Made by a program: the position numbers and the translations under genes
Source of the DNA: Minisyncoccota bacterium
GTDB taxonomy: Bacteria > Verrucomicrobiota > Verrucomicrobiia > Limisphaerales > UBA8199
DNA length: 64,000 nt
Assembly: GCA_035452965.1 (NCBI GenBank)
Contig: DAOTCE010000006.1
Span: forward strand, 39,404 to 103,403
Reading direction: 5' to 3'
Notes under the pieces: model-generated
Told to the model about the DNA's origin: nothing
Databases searched by the model: none
Seen by the model: only the letters and a program-made list of their open reading frames with translations
Shown: piece after piece, positions 9,465-19,058 of the stretch
Layout: the number at the start of each line of letters is the position of its first letter
Numbering within the stretch: the stretch's first letter is position 1

Positions 9465-10757
9465 TCAGACCAGGGCCTTGGCGCCTATGTCGCGGCGGTA
9501 ATGGGCGCCATCGAAGCGAATCATGTCCACAGCCGCGTAGGCGGCATCGCGTGCGCTCTTCAGGTCTTTTGCCCAGGCGGTGACGCCGAGAACGCGGCCG
9601 CCGTTGGTAACGATGTGGTCCCCTGCCCCGGCCGTGCCGGCGTGGAAGACTTTTGTGTTTGGCAGCCGGGCCGCCTGGTCGAGGCCGCGGATGGGTTTGG
9701 CCTTCTCGTAGCTGCCGGGGTAACCGCCGGAGGCCATCACGACGCAGACCGAGGGCATCGGGCTCCATTTAAGTTCCGATTGCCCGAGGGTGCCATCTAT
9801 GCTCGCCGTGAGAAGTTCCACGAGGTCGTCCTGCATTCGGGTCAAATAAACCTGGGTCTCGGGATCGCCGAAACGCGCGTTGAACTCCAGCACTTTCGGC
9901 CCGGCCTGGGTAAGCATGAGGCCGGGATATAGGATGCCATGAAAATCAATGCCCTCGGCGGCGCATCCGCGGAGCCAGGGATCGAGGATGCTGCGGCCGA
10001 CGGCGGCCAGCTCGGGCTGGGTTAGGAACGGCACGGGGGAATAGGCGCCCATGCCGCCGGTGTTGAGGCCGCGGTCACCGTCAAGGGCGCGCTTGTGGTC
10101 CTGAGCGGTGGGGAAGAGTTTCGCGGTCTTGCCGTCACAGAGGGCGTGCAGGGAGATTTCCATGCCGTCGAGGAGTTCCTGGATGACCAGGTTCGCGCCA
10201 GCACTGCCGAAGGCCCGCTTGACGAGAACATCTTCGATTGCACGGTCAGCTTGAGCCATGTCGCGGCAAATAAGAACGCCTTTCCCAAGGGCGAGGCCAT
10301 CGGCTTTGACAGCGCAGCGTCCGCCGAGAGAAGCAGCAAAGCGAGAGGCGGCGGCGGCATCCTCGAAGCAGCCGGCGCGGGCGGTGGGGATACCATATTT
10401 ATCCATGAACTGCTGCGAGAAGACTTTGGAGGACTCGAAGCGGGCGGCGTTCTGGTTCGGCCCCCAGATGCGGCGGCCGTCCTTCTGCCAGAGGTCCACG
10501 ATGCCCAGGGCGAGGGGGTTGTCCGGCCCAACAACCGTAAGATCGGGCCGATGCTCCTGCGCGAAAGCCCGCAAGCCGGCCAAATCTTCAGCCGCCAATT
10601 TCACGCACTGTGCGGCGCCGCCGCCATTGGCGAGCCGTTCCTGGGCAATGCCGGCATTGCCAGGGGCGCACCAAAGCTGCGTGACGTGGGGCGACTGGGC
10701 CAGTTTCCAGACCAGCGCATGTTCGCGACCGCCGGAGCCGATGACGAGCAGTTTCAT
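9465..10757 (-). CDS. purD: phosphoribosylamine--glycine ligase
   Basis: 430 aa. MKLLVIGSGGREHALVWKLAQS N-terminus. ATP-grasp core. Length and collinearity typical of PurD. Confidence 0.97.
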   Translation of the reverse strand: MKLLVIGSGGREHALVWKLAQSPHVTQLWCAPGNAGIAQERLANGGGAAQCVKLAAEDLAGLRAFAQEHRPDLTVVGPDNPLALGIVDLWQKDGRRIWGPNQNAARFESSKVFSQQFMDKYGIPTARAGCFEDAAAASRFAASLGGRCAVKADGLALGKGVLICRDMAQADRAIEDVLVKRAFGSAGANLVIQELLDGMEISLHALCDGKTAKLFPTAQDHKRALDGDRGLNTGGMGAYSPVPFLTQPELAAVGRSILDPWLRGCAAEGIDFHGILYPGLMLTQAGPKVLEFNARFGDPETQVYLTRMQDDLVELLTASIDGTLGQSELKWSPMPSVCVVMASGGYPGSYEKAKPIRGLDQAARLPNTKVFHAGTAGAGDHIVTNGGRVLGVTAWAKDLKSARDAAYAAVDMIRFDGAHYRRDIGAKALV

Positions 10758-10878
10758 GGGGGCGATTGAAGCAGGAACTGGCCCGGGCGCAAAAGCATTT
10801 TGCTAATATTACTGCTGGACATTTGGCGGCGTTAGTGTAAACGAAATCCCGCTGAACGAACTACCTCATCGAACAATT

Positions 10879-11802
10879 ATGAAGACTGGATTGAAACTGG
10901 TTTTGGGTATCGGGTGCGGACTCGCGCTGCTGCAGGTTTCCATGGCGGCCCAGGACAAGCCGGCCGCGACAGGCACCAATACCAACGCGCCGAAGCTTTC
11001 CCCCCAGGAGCAGAAGGAGAAGTGGAGCTACGCCATCGGCATGAACATTGGCACCAGCATGAAGCGCGGCGCGGTTGACCTGGACGTGGACACGATGGCC
11101 GCTGCGATCAAAGACGTGCTGGCCGGCCGCAACCTGAAGATGACGGACCAGGAGGCGCAGGAAGCCTGGCGTTCGTACCAGATGGAATCCCGCACCAAGC
11201 AGGAGGAAGTGCGGAAGCAGCAAGGAGAGAAAAACAAGAAGGAAGGGGAAGCTTTCCTGGGCGAGAACAAGAAGAAGCCAGGCGTCAAGACTCACACCGT
11301 AACGCTGCCGGACGGGACGAAGGCCGAGATGCAATACAAGGTCATCACCGAGGGCACGGGCGCCATTCCCAGGACCAACGATACCGTCTCCGTGAATTAC
11401 CGAGGCACCTTCATCAACGGCAAGGAGTTTGACAGTTCGGCCAAGCATGGAAACCAGCCCGCCAAATTCCCCGTCAACCGCGTCGTGCGCGGCTGGACCG
11501 AGGCGCTGCAAATGATGAAGACCGGGGCGAAATGGGAGCTGTACTTGCCGTCGAGCCTGGCTTATGGCGATCAAGGCCATGGACCGGGCATCGAACCGGG
11601 GTCAACCCTGATCTTCGAGATGGAGTTGGTCGGAACCGAAACCCCAGCCCCGCCGCCGCCTCCCGCCCCGCTCACCAGCGACATCATCCGCGTGCCTTCA
11701 CAGGAGGAGCTCAAGAAGGGCGCCAAGATCGAGGTCATCAAACCCGAGGACCTCGAGAAGTACACGAACGCCGCCGCTCAGAAGGCCGAGAAGAAGAAGT
11801 AG
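10879..11802 (+). CDS. FKBP-type peptidyl-prolyl cis-trans isomerase (Mip/FkpA-like) with signal peptide
   Basis: Signal peptide MKTGLKLVLGIGCGLALLQVSMAAQ. Helical dimerisation region. FKBP core VSVNYRGTFINGKEFDSS...GWTEALQMMKTGAKWELYLPSSLAYG...LIFEMELV. Pro-rich C-terminal extension. Confidence 0.9.
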   Translation: MKTGLKLVLGIGCGLALLQVSMAAQDKPAATGTNTNAPKLSPQEQKEKWSYAIGMNIGTSMKRGAVDLDVDTMAAAIKDVLAGRNLKMTDQEAQEAWRSYQMESRTKQEEVRKQQGEKNKKEGEAFLGENKKKPGVKTHTVTLPDGTKAEMQYKVITEGTGAIPRTNDTVSVNYRGTFINGKEFDSSAKHGNQPAKFPVNRVVRGWTEALQMMKTGAKWELYLPSSLAYGDQGHGPGIEPGSTLIFEMELVGTETPAPPPPPAPLTSDIIRVPSQEELKKGAKIEVIKPEDLEKYTNAAAQKAEKKK

Positions 11803-11807
11803 CGCGG

Positions 11808-12851
11808 TCAGACGACCCGCACAACTCCCCTGCCCTTCACCACCTGGCCAATCAGCCAGGCTTTCCGTCCGCGCGCACGGATGGCCTTCATGATTTGATC
11901 GGCCTTGCCTGCCGCAACCAGCAGGACCATGCCGACGCCCATGTTGAATACTTGATATAGCTCGGCCTCCGGCACACCGCCCTTGGCCTGTATCAGCTTG
12001 TAGATCGGCAGCATTTCCCAGGTTCCTTTGCGGATGATTACGTCACATCCAGCGGGTAAGACACGGGGAATGTTGTCCACGAAACCGCCGCCGGTGATAT
12101 GCGCAAGCCCTTTGATGGCCGCCCCGGCCTTGAACTTCCGCAGCAGCACTTGAATGAGCGGGCCGTAGCTGACATGCACTTTGAGCAGTTCGCGGCCGAT
12201 GGTGTTGCGCAACTCGGGCAGGTAGGTATCGGGCTTGAGCCGCATCCGCTCGAAGAAGATTTTGCGGGCCAGGGAATAGCCGTTCGTGTGCAAGCCGCTG
12301 GAGGCCAGGCCGATGACCGCATCGCCCGGTCGGATGGCTTGGCCATCGAGCATCCGGGACTTCTCAACCACACCGACGATGGTGCCGCTCACGTCATATT
12401 CGCCCGCTGCGTAAAACCCGGGCATCTGCGCCGTCTCCCCTCCGATGAGCGCACAGTGATTCTCCGCGCACGCCTTGGCAAAGCCTTTGAGGATATCCCG
12501 GAACACGCGTGGCTCCAGCTTGCCAGTGCCCAGGTAATCCAGGAAGAAGAGCGGCTCCGCCCCGAGAACCGCGATGTCATTGACGCAGTGGTTGACCAGG
12601 TCCTGGCCGATGGTGTGGTGGCAGTCCAATGCAAAAGCCAGCTTAAGCTTGGTGCCGACGCCATCTACGCTGGAGACCAGCACCGGCTGGCGGTATTTGC
12701 GCACATCCAGCGCAAAGAGACCTCCGAAGCCGCCCACCTTGCCGAGCACCTCGGGCCGATGAGTTGCCCGGAGCATTCGGGGCAAGGCGGCCTTTACTCG
12801 GTTGCCCAGGTCAATATCCACACCCGCGCGGGCGTATGCCTTCTGTTTCAT
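11808..12851 (-). CDS. purM: phosphoribosylformylglycinamidine cyclo-ligase (AIR synthase)
   Basis: The ORF track gives 11808-13361 (517 aa). PurM homology begins at the internal ATG 12851 (MKQKAYARAGVDIDLGN...). The upstream 170 codons overlap the MFS gene and are Arg/Gly-rich filler. Confidence 0.95.
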   Translation of the reverse strand: MKQKAYARAGVDIDLGNRVKAALPRMLRATHRPEVLGKVGGFGGLFALDVRKYRQPVLVSSVDGVGTKLKLAFALDCHHTIGQDLVNHCVNDIAVLGAEPLFFLDYLGTGKLEPRVFRDILKGFAKACAENHCALIGGETAQMPGFYAAGEYDVSGTIVGVVEKSRMLDGQAIRPGDAVIGLASSGLHTNGYSLARKIFFERMRLKPDTYLPELRNTIGRELLKVHVSYGPLIQVLLRKFKAGAAIKGLAHITGGGFVDNIPRVLPAGCDVIIRKGTWEMLPIYKLIQAKGGVPEAELYQVFNMGVGMVLLVAAGKADQIMKAIRARGRKAWLIGQVVKGRGVVRVV

Positions 12852-13006
12852 CGGCGGGAAGGTAGCGGGTGCGGGCCCGCATTCCAAGCTCAAGGAGTAC
12901 CCATCCGAAACTCCTGCCCCATTTGCCGCATGAGAAGAACCCCTGATTTGAGGACCACGCGGCGTCGGCGCCAACAAATGCCAACAGATGGACGCGAGGC
13001 TAAGGG

Positions 13007-14281
13007 CTATTCGGGCAAAGGCTGGTCCTTGGTCTCGGGCGCCAGCCAAATGAGCGCCAACCCCAGCAGGTAGATGAGCGTCACGGTCGCACCGGCCCTG
13101 GCATAGCTGCCTCCATAGGCGGCGACCAGTTGCCCTTGCGTCAATGCCCCCGCAGCCGCGAGGATGCGGCCGGCGTTGTAGCATAACCCCTGGCCAGTCG
13201 CGCGCACGCGAGTGGGGAAGAGCTCCGGGAGATAAAGCGGCAGCCAGCCATAGAAGGCCGCCGTGGTCGCTCCGACCAATGTGACCATCACCAGAAAGGC
13301 CGCGCCATAGTGGTTCACGCTGCGGAAAAGCCATCCGCACAGCAGCAATGACAGCAGGCACAAGGCAAAATACGCCGGCCGGCGCCCAATGCGCCCGGCA
13401 GCCAGCGCACCAAACAACGAGCCAACAATGGCGCCGGCGCTGACTAGAATCTGCGCCATGGCCTTGGCCGTGGGCACATTGCCTCCGGTCATTTGGTCAG
13501 CCCACAGCGGCAGCCACTGCACCGAACCCCAGGTCCCGATCAAGGCTATCGAAGCCAAGGCGATTCCCAGCAGCGTTTTGGCCAGCAACCCGGAGGATAC
13601 GATTTCCCGGACTGGACGCGCCGCAGCCCGCCGAACGGCGGCGCGCCAGCGTTCGGATTCGGGCACGAACAACTGTACGGCCAACGCCAGAAAGGCCGGT
13701 GCCGCGCCGGCGATCATGATCCAGCGCCACGATTCCCGGGTGACGTCAAAGCACAGACCCAGCAAGGCAATCAGCAAGTACCCCGCGTTGGACGCCATGC
13801 CGATGACCCCTGCCAGCAGCGCGCGTTTGCCTGGCGGCCAAGCCTCCATCACGAGCGCCACACCCAGCGACCACTCCCCGCCCATGCCAAATGCGGCGAT
13901 GAAACGCAAGACGCCCAAGTGCCAGGGTTGCTGCGCGAAGTAGCACAAGCCCGTGAAGATAGAGTAAGTGAGGATGCTCAAGGTCATGGCGCGGACCCGA
14001 CCCAGGCGGTCCCCCAGCCAGCCGAACCCAAGCCCGCCAGCTGCCGCGCCCACGAGGAACAGGGCGGTGATGCGCCCCATCCATACGCCCACGAATTGGT
14101 CCTGGCCCAATTCCGAGACCGGGAGCATGCTTTGCAACGCCGGCCGCGCCACGAGCGGAAAGATACCCATCTCCACACCGTCAAACATCCAGCCCAGGAA
14201 TGCCGCAGCCAGCACGAGCCATTGGGCGCGGGTGGTGCCGCCCCCGCCCGGGGCCGCTGCACTGGTTGCGGAAGCGATCAT
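13007..14281 (-). CDS. MFS transporter
   Basis: 424 aa, about 12 hydrophobic helices. MFS loop motif GWLGDRLGRVRAM between TM2 and TM3. Substrate unknown. Confidence 0.85.
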   Translation of the reverse strand: MIASATSAAAPGGGGTTRAQWLVLAAAFLGWMFDGVEMGIFPLVARPALQSMLPVSELGQDQFVGVWMGRITALFLVGAAAGGLGFGWLGDRLGRVRAMTLSILTYSIFTGLCYFAQQPWHLGVLRFIAAFGMGGEWSLGVALVMEAWPPGKRALLAGVIGMASNAGYLLIALLGLCFDVTRESWRWIMIAGAAPAFLALAVQLFVPESERWRAAVRRAAARPVREIVSSGLLAKTLLGIALASIALIGTWGSVQWLPLWADQMTGGNVPTAKAMAQILVSAGAIVGSLFGALAAGRIGRRPAYFALCLLSLLLCGWLFRSVNHYGAAFLVMVTLVGATTAAFYGWLPLYLPELFPTRVRATGQGLCYNAGRILAAAGALTQGQLVAAYGGSYARAGATVTLIYLLGLALIWLAPETKDQPLPE

Positions 14282-14376
14282 AGCTTATGTGTGCGGGTCT
14301 TACCCGGCGATGGGGCGAACGGGTAACACAACCGGACCGCCACAGCAATGCTCAATCGCGGACCCCCGCAACTCTT

Positions 14377-14488
14377 CAGGGCGTATGCATGAAACCCCGG
14401 ACGGAGCGCGGGCAGTCCTGTCCGCCTGCCGGATTGTGGGCAAGACGGGCGGACAGGAATGTCCGCGCTCCTTCATGCATACGCCCTG
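14377..14488. repeat. 112-nt nested inverted repeat (REP-like hairpin element)
   Basis: Perfect 17-bp outer arms CAGGGCGTATGCATGAA / TTCATGCATACGCCCTG. Inner 24-nt arms GGAGCGCGGGCAGTCCTGTCCGCC / GGCGGACAGGAATGTCCGCGCTCC (22 of 24 paired). 21-nt apical loop. Intergenic. Confidence 0.6.
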
Positions 14489-14714
14489 CGGGAGAGCTTC
14501 GTGAGGCATGCGCGGCACGACGCTTCAGCAGGCAGACCTGCCAAAAGTGGCAATGGTGGGGGGTGGATGGTGGCGGGACGGCTACTGGATGGCCACGAGA
14601 CGGCCACTAGATGGCCGGGAGGTCACGGGAAGCGGTGACTTCCGCAGAAACGGCGCAAAAGGGCGGTTGAATTGTTTGGTATCACCGCACGATTGTGTGG
14701 TAAAGGCGCGCGTC

Positions 14715-14861
14715 ATGAGCGCGCTGGCGGAATTGCTCGGGTCAAAGGTGAAGGCGGAAGTGTTCCGGCTGCTGTTCGGGGCGGGAGAAGGACGGCTGCA
14801 CCTGCGGGAGCTGGCCCGGCAACGGCACGGGATGGTCGAGCCGCTGGGTGGCAGCGCGTAG
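14715..14861 (+). pseudogene. truncated winged-helix (ArsR-like) regulator fragment
   Basis: 48-codon ORF MSALAELLGSKVKAEVFRLLFGAGEGRLHLRELARQ... From memory it resembles the N-terminus of ~100-aa wHTH proteins common in PVC genomes. It stops before the recognition helix and wing. It lies beside the hairpin repeat. Confidence 0.3.
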
Positions 14862-14946
14862 GCAGGAAGCTGCCGGAGGCGCGCGGGCAACTTTTCCCGT
14901 CTCACTTTTTAATTGCAGTAGCTGCAATTTGCGAATAAATACCATT

Positions 14947-16278
14947 ATGCACTGGCGGGTAGTTGCTCTCATTTCGCTGGTCCTCAATCTCGCGTTGGTT
15001 GCTGCGTGGTGGTCCATGTCGCGCCAGCAGGATGCCCGAGTGGCTGCGGCAGTTAGTGCTTCGAGGCAGGCTCCCACCGTGCAGAGCACCACTAACCTGA
15101 TCGTGCGCCGCCAGCCGTTCTCCTGGCGGGACATTGAATCCCCTGACTACGCCGCCTACGCCTCCAACCTGCGCGACATCGGCTGTCCGGAGCAGACCAT
15201 CCGCGACATCATCATCGCCGATGTAAACGCCTTGTACGCGCGCAAACGGGCGCTGGAAATGGTCACCGCGGAGCAACAGTGGTGGCGCATCGAGCCGGAC
15301 ACCAATATTGTCCGGGCCGCCGCGCTCAAAGCGCAGGAACTGGAGGAAGAGCGTCACGCCTTGCTGACCAGCTTGCTGGGCGCCAACTGGGAAACCGGCG
15401 ACCTGGTCAGCATCCCGAGGCCTTCGCGCGCCGGCATCGCGCTGGATGGCCCGGTGCTGGGCGCACTTTCCGCCGAAACGAAGAAGGCCATTCAGGAAGT
15501 GAATGCGCGCTCTCAGGACCGCCTGCAAGCGTACATGGAGGCCCAGAGCCTCGCGGGCAAAGAACCCGACGCCGCCGAGCTTGCCAAACTTCGGCAGCAG
15601 ACCAGAAATGAGTTGGCCCGGCTGCTCAGTCCGCCCGAACTGGAGGAATATCTGCTGCGCTATTCGCAGACCGCCAATGATCTGCGCGCCTCTTTCGGCC
15701 AACTCCGCTATTTTGAGCCGACGCGCGATGAGTTCCGCGCCGTGTTTCGAGCTATTGATGCTCTGGACCACCGGATCCAGCTTTTCTCGACCGCCAGCGA
15801 CCCGGGGAGCGTCCAGGCGCTCAAGGCGCTGCTCAGCCAGCGGGAGAATGCCATCAAACTCGCGCTAGGGGCCAAGCGATACGAGGAATTCCGGCTGCTT
15901 CATGACCCGGTTTATCAGGAGGCCCTCGAAGCATCGGAAGGCGACCCGGAACTGGCGCGCGCCCAATACGCCATTGACCTGGCGGCCTTCCGTGCCGCTG
16001 GCACAAACACCCTGACCGCCGAGCAACAGGAGTCCCTCGACCGCCTCAAAGCGGACACTCTGTTGCCGCCGGAACAGCCGCCCACTCCGACATCGCCCCC
16101 GCCGTTAAAGGTCTATGTGCTTGGTCCGGGCGATAGCGCGAGCACAATTGCGCTCATGTACGGACTGCCAATTGAGGCGATCAAGGCCGCCAACCCGAAA
16201 GTGGATTTCACCAAGCTCAGGCCGGGCGTCGAGATCACCATCCCCTCATCGCCATTCGCGTCTCCCGCTTCTCCTTGA
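14947..16278 (+). CDS. membrane-anchored LysM domain protein
   Basis: ORF 14848-16278 (GTG). ATG 14947 gives an N-terminal TM anchor (HWRVVALISLVLNLALVAAWW). Long helical region. C-terminal LysM (YVLGPGDSASTIALMYGLPIEAIKAANPKVDFTKLRPGVEITIP). Confidence 0.75.
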   Translation: MHWRVVALISLVLNLALVAAWWSMSRQQDARVAAAVSASRQAPTVQSTTNLIVRRQPFSWRDIESPDYAAYASNLRDIGCPEQTIRDIIIADVNALYARKRALEMVTAEQQWWRIEPDTNIVRAAALKAQELEEERHALLTSLLGANWETGDLVSIPRPSRAGIALDGPVLGALSAETKKAIQEVNARSQDRLQAYMEAQSLAGKEPDAAELAKLRQQTRNELARLLSPPELEEYLLRYSQTANDLRASFGQLRYFEPTRDEFRAVFRAIDALDHRIQLFSTASDPGSVQALKALLSQRENAIKLALGAKRYEEFRLLHDPVYQEALEASEGDPELARAQYAIDLAAFRAAGTNTLTAEQQESLDRLKADTLLPPEQPPTPTSPPPLKVYVLGPGDSASTIALMYGLPIEAIKAANPKVDFTKLRPGVEITIPSSPFASPASP

Positions 16279-16456
16279 GGCCGGGCGGGACGCGTTTTAG
16301 TTCGACCGGTTGGAAATACCCGAGCTCGACCTGTCCGGAGAATCTACGTCCACCATAACCTTGCCTCCAGTTCGGATGGTGAACTGCTGGCTGATAGGCT
16401 TTCCTATGTCTCGGCAAAGGCCGTGCTGGCGCTGATGAGCAGGAAGCCAGTGGCTC

Positions 16457-16975
16457 TCAGATTTGTTCCTGGCAGTAAAAGCGCCATTGGCAGTGCATGT
16501 CAGGCGGATGCGGCCCAGGCGGGGCGAACCGGCACTCCACCCGCAGGCGCGGGTCCACCGCCTGGGCCAGGCTCACGAATTCCGCCTCGTGCATCGCCCG
16601 GCACGCATACTCCTTCAAACCCCGCTTCAGCCGCGCTTCCTGAACCGGGCAAACCGGCACCGACAGGACCACCTCTTCCGGCCGTTCTTCGATCTGGTAG
16701 CCGATCAGAATGCTCCACGGGTAATACCGCAACACTCGCACGAATCCCCGCAAGCCCTTCTCCTGGATGCCAAAGCGCGCCACCAAATCCTTCGCCGCCA
16801 TGCCCCCGACCTTGCCCCATACCTGCTCGTTGATTTCCTCCGCCGCCGGTTGGCCGAACCGTTCCGTCAGGAAGATGAACCAGAACGCGTCCATCACCCG
16901 GTAGTGCTTAAGAAAGAACTCGATATAGCTCCGCAACTCCGCTGCCTCCATCCGTTCAAACAGTTCCAGATTCAT
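16457..16975 (-). CDS. conserved hypothetical cytosolic protein
   Basis: 172-aa ORF with non-repetitive, protein-like composition ([36 protein letters not shown]...). Several Cys near the C-terminus. I cannot assign a family with confidence. Confidence 0.65.
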   Translation of the reverse strand: MNLELFERMEAAELRSYIEFFLKHYRVMDAFWFIFLTERFGQPAAEEINEQVWGKVGGMAAKDLVARFGIQEKGLRGFVRVLRYYPWSILIGYQIEERPEEVVLSVPVCPVQEARLKRGLKEYACRAMHEAEFVSLAQAVDPRLRVECRFAPPGPHPPDMHCQWRFYCQEQI

Positions 16976-17034
16976 GCAGCCGCCATTCTACCCGGCCCCT
17001 GCGGCGATGTCAGGCGCTGAAATGCCTTTCGGCG

Positions 17035-17907
17035 CTAGGCTCTGCGGAACACCGTGCCCGCGGCTTTAGGTGGACGCGAGCGGCCTACGAAGCCGGCCAG
17101 GACAAGGATCGTGATAACGTATGGGAGAATTTGGATGAATTGGACGGGGAGAGGTTTGCCGCCCCAGAGGCTCACGCCCTGGAGCCGGAACTGCACCGCT
17201 TCGGCAAAGCCGAAGAGCAGGCACGCCAAAGCCGTCGGCACCGGCCTCCATTTGCCAAAGATGAGCGCCGCCAGCGCCATGAAGCCGCGCCCAGCGGTCA
17301 TGTCCCGCGAGAAGGAAGAGGACAAGTACACGGAGAGCGAAGCACCGCCCAACCCAGCCAGCGCGCCGCTCATCAACACCGCCGCCCACCGCACCCGGTT
17401 GACGCATATGCCCGCCGCGTCCAACGCCTCGGGATGCTCCCCGGCAAAGCTCACCCAAAGCCCGCTGGGCATGTACTTCAGCCAGAGCCAGCACAGCCCC
17501 ACCATGATCCAACTCAGGAATAGCGGCGCGGACTGAAAGCGTTCGGCCAAGGGGATGGCCGGTGTCTGGCCGGTCACATCGTAGAGAATTTTGCAGGCGA
17601 ACGGCGTCAGGCCGAGCGCCAGCATGTTGATCGCCGTGCCCGCCACGATCTGATTGGCGCGCAGCCAAATCACACACAACGCGAAAACGGCAGCCAGCAG
17701 CGCCCCAGCCGCCATTCCACCCCCCAAGCCCAGCCAGGGTGAATGCGTGACATAGGTTATCACCGCCGCCCCGAAGGCCCCGATCAGCATCATCCCTTCC
17801 AAGGCGATGTTTATAACGCCTGAACGCTCGCTGAACATGCCGCCCAGCGCCGCGAAGATCAGCGGCGTCGAAACACGCATCGTAGATTCCAGTAGTTGCC
17901 GGGTCAT
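17035..17907 (-). CDS. ABC transporter permease (BMP/nucleoside-sugar type, YufQ-like)
   Basis: 290 aa, multi-TM. GVINIALEGMMLIGAF motif typical of the BPD_transp_2 family. Follows a paralogous permease gene. Confidence 0.85.
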   Translation of the reverse strand: MTRQLLESTMRVSTPLIFAALGGMFSERSGVINIALEGMMLIGAFGAAVITYVTHSPWLGLGGGMAAGALLAAVFALCVIWLRANQIVAGTAINMLALGLTPFACKILYDVTGQTPAIPLAERFQSAPLFLSWIMVGLCWLWLKYMPSGLWVSFAGEHPEALDAAGICVNRVRWAAVLMSGALAGLGGASLSVYLSSSFSRDMTAGRGFMALAALIFGKWRPVPTALACLLFGFAEAVQFRLQGVSLWGGKPLPVQFIQILPYVITILVLAGFVGRSRPPKAAGTVFRRA

Positions 17908-17949
17908 CGTTCCTTACAACTCATGTAACCTGGCTGCCCGATTCACTCA

Positions 17950-18996
17950 TTAACCCCTCGATCCCTCGACGTTCAGCTCCCGCCTTCTCATCCAGTCCCA
18001 CAGGCCTTCTGCCGATACGCACAGAATAATCAACGCCTGAAGAACCAGCGACAACTCCTGCGTAACCCGCTCAGTCTCAAGGTCCAGCGCCGCCGCGCCT
18101 CTGTGCAGCGCGCCAAACAGCAGCGCCGCCGCGACTACCCCCAGCGGGTGGTTTCGCCCAAGCAACGCCACGGCAATACCGATGAACCCAAACTCTGGCG
18201 AAAACCCAACCCGGAACCTGCCCGCATTCCCCAGCACTTCCCCCACCCCCACCAACCCTGCCAGTCCGCCCGCCAGCGACAGCGCAATAATCCTGACTTT
18301 TCCCGCGTCAATCCCCGCCGCCCGTGCCGCCGATTCACTCTGGCCCACGGCGCGCATCTCGAACCCCAACACCGTGCGCCACAGCAACACCCATACGACG
18401 AATGCCGCCACCAATGCCAGCGGGAGTGCCAGGCTCACCGGCGCGCCGCCAAACACGCCGAATTGGTGAATCCAGTAGCCTTCGCCGATAGGACGCGTCT
18501 CCGGGTTTTGCGAGCCGGGGTTCTTGAGCAGGTAGAGCGTGACATAGCTCGCGAGACCTGCCGCAATGAAATTGAGCATGATCGTGTTGATAACCTCATG
18601 GCTGCCACGCCGGGCACGGAGCCAACCGGGGATCGCGCCCCACAGCGCCCCCGCGAGCATCGCCGCCAAGGCGGCCACTACCGGCGCCAGTGGCGACCAC
18701 AACCCCGGCCAGATAGCGCCCACCGCCGCGGCAGCTAAAGCCCCCAGAGTGAGTTGCCCTTCCGCGCCGATGTTAAATAGCCCGGCCTTAAACGCGAACG
18801 CGACCGAGAGGCCGGTAAAGATGAGTGGCGTCGCGTAAAACAAGGTCATGCCCAGGTCGTAGCCGGACCCAAATGCTCCGTCGGCTATAATTCTAAAGAC
18901 GCGCCACGGATCTTCCCCCGCCGTCCACGTCACCACCAGACCTACGGCAAGCCCCAGTGCGACCGACAAGATGGGTTGCAGAAGCTTGCGTATCAT
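17950..18996 (-). CDS. ABC transporter permease (BMP/nucleoside-sugar type, YufP-like)
   Basis: ORF 17950-19272. Real start at ATG 18996 (MIRKLLQPILSVALGLAVGLVV...). LFNIGAEGQLTLGA motif. The upstream 92 codons run through repeat copy A. Confidence 0.85.
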   Translation of the reverse strand: MIRKLLQPILSVALGLAVGLVVTWTAGEDPWRVFRIIADGAFGSGYDLGMTLFYATPLIFTGLSVAFAFKAGLFNIGAEGQLTLGALAAAAVGAIWPGLWSPLAPVVAALAAMLAGALWGAIPGWLRARRGSHEVINTIMLNFIAAGLASYVTLYLLKNPGSQNPETRPIGEGYWIHQFGVFGGAPVSLALPLALVAAFVVWVLLWRTVLGFEMRAVGQSESAARAAGIDAGKVRIIALSLAGGLAGLVGVGEVLGNAGRFRVGFSPEFGFIGIAVALLGRNHPLGVVAAALLFGALHRGAAALDLETERVTQELSLVLQALIILCVSAEGLWDWMRRRELNVEGSRG

Positions 18997-19058
18997 GGCG
19001 CCATGTTCTAGCTGACCAGACGTTGCTGCGGAAGATGAAAAAGTCCCTACCCCAGCCA

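Noticed and set aside
12852-13361. Upstream 170 codons of the 517-aa purM ORF
   Set aside because: PurM homology begins at MKQKAYARAGVDID (ATG 12851). The extension overlaps the 3' end of the MFS gene and is Arg/Gly/Pro-rich filler.
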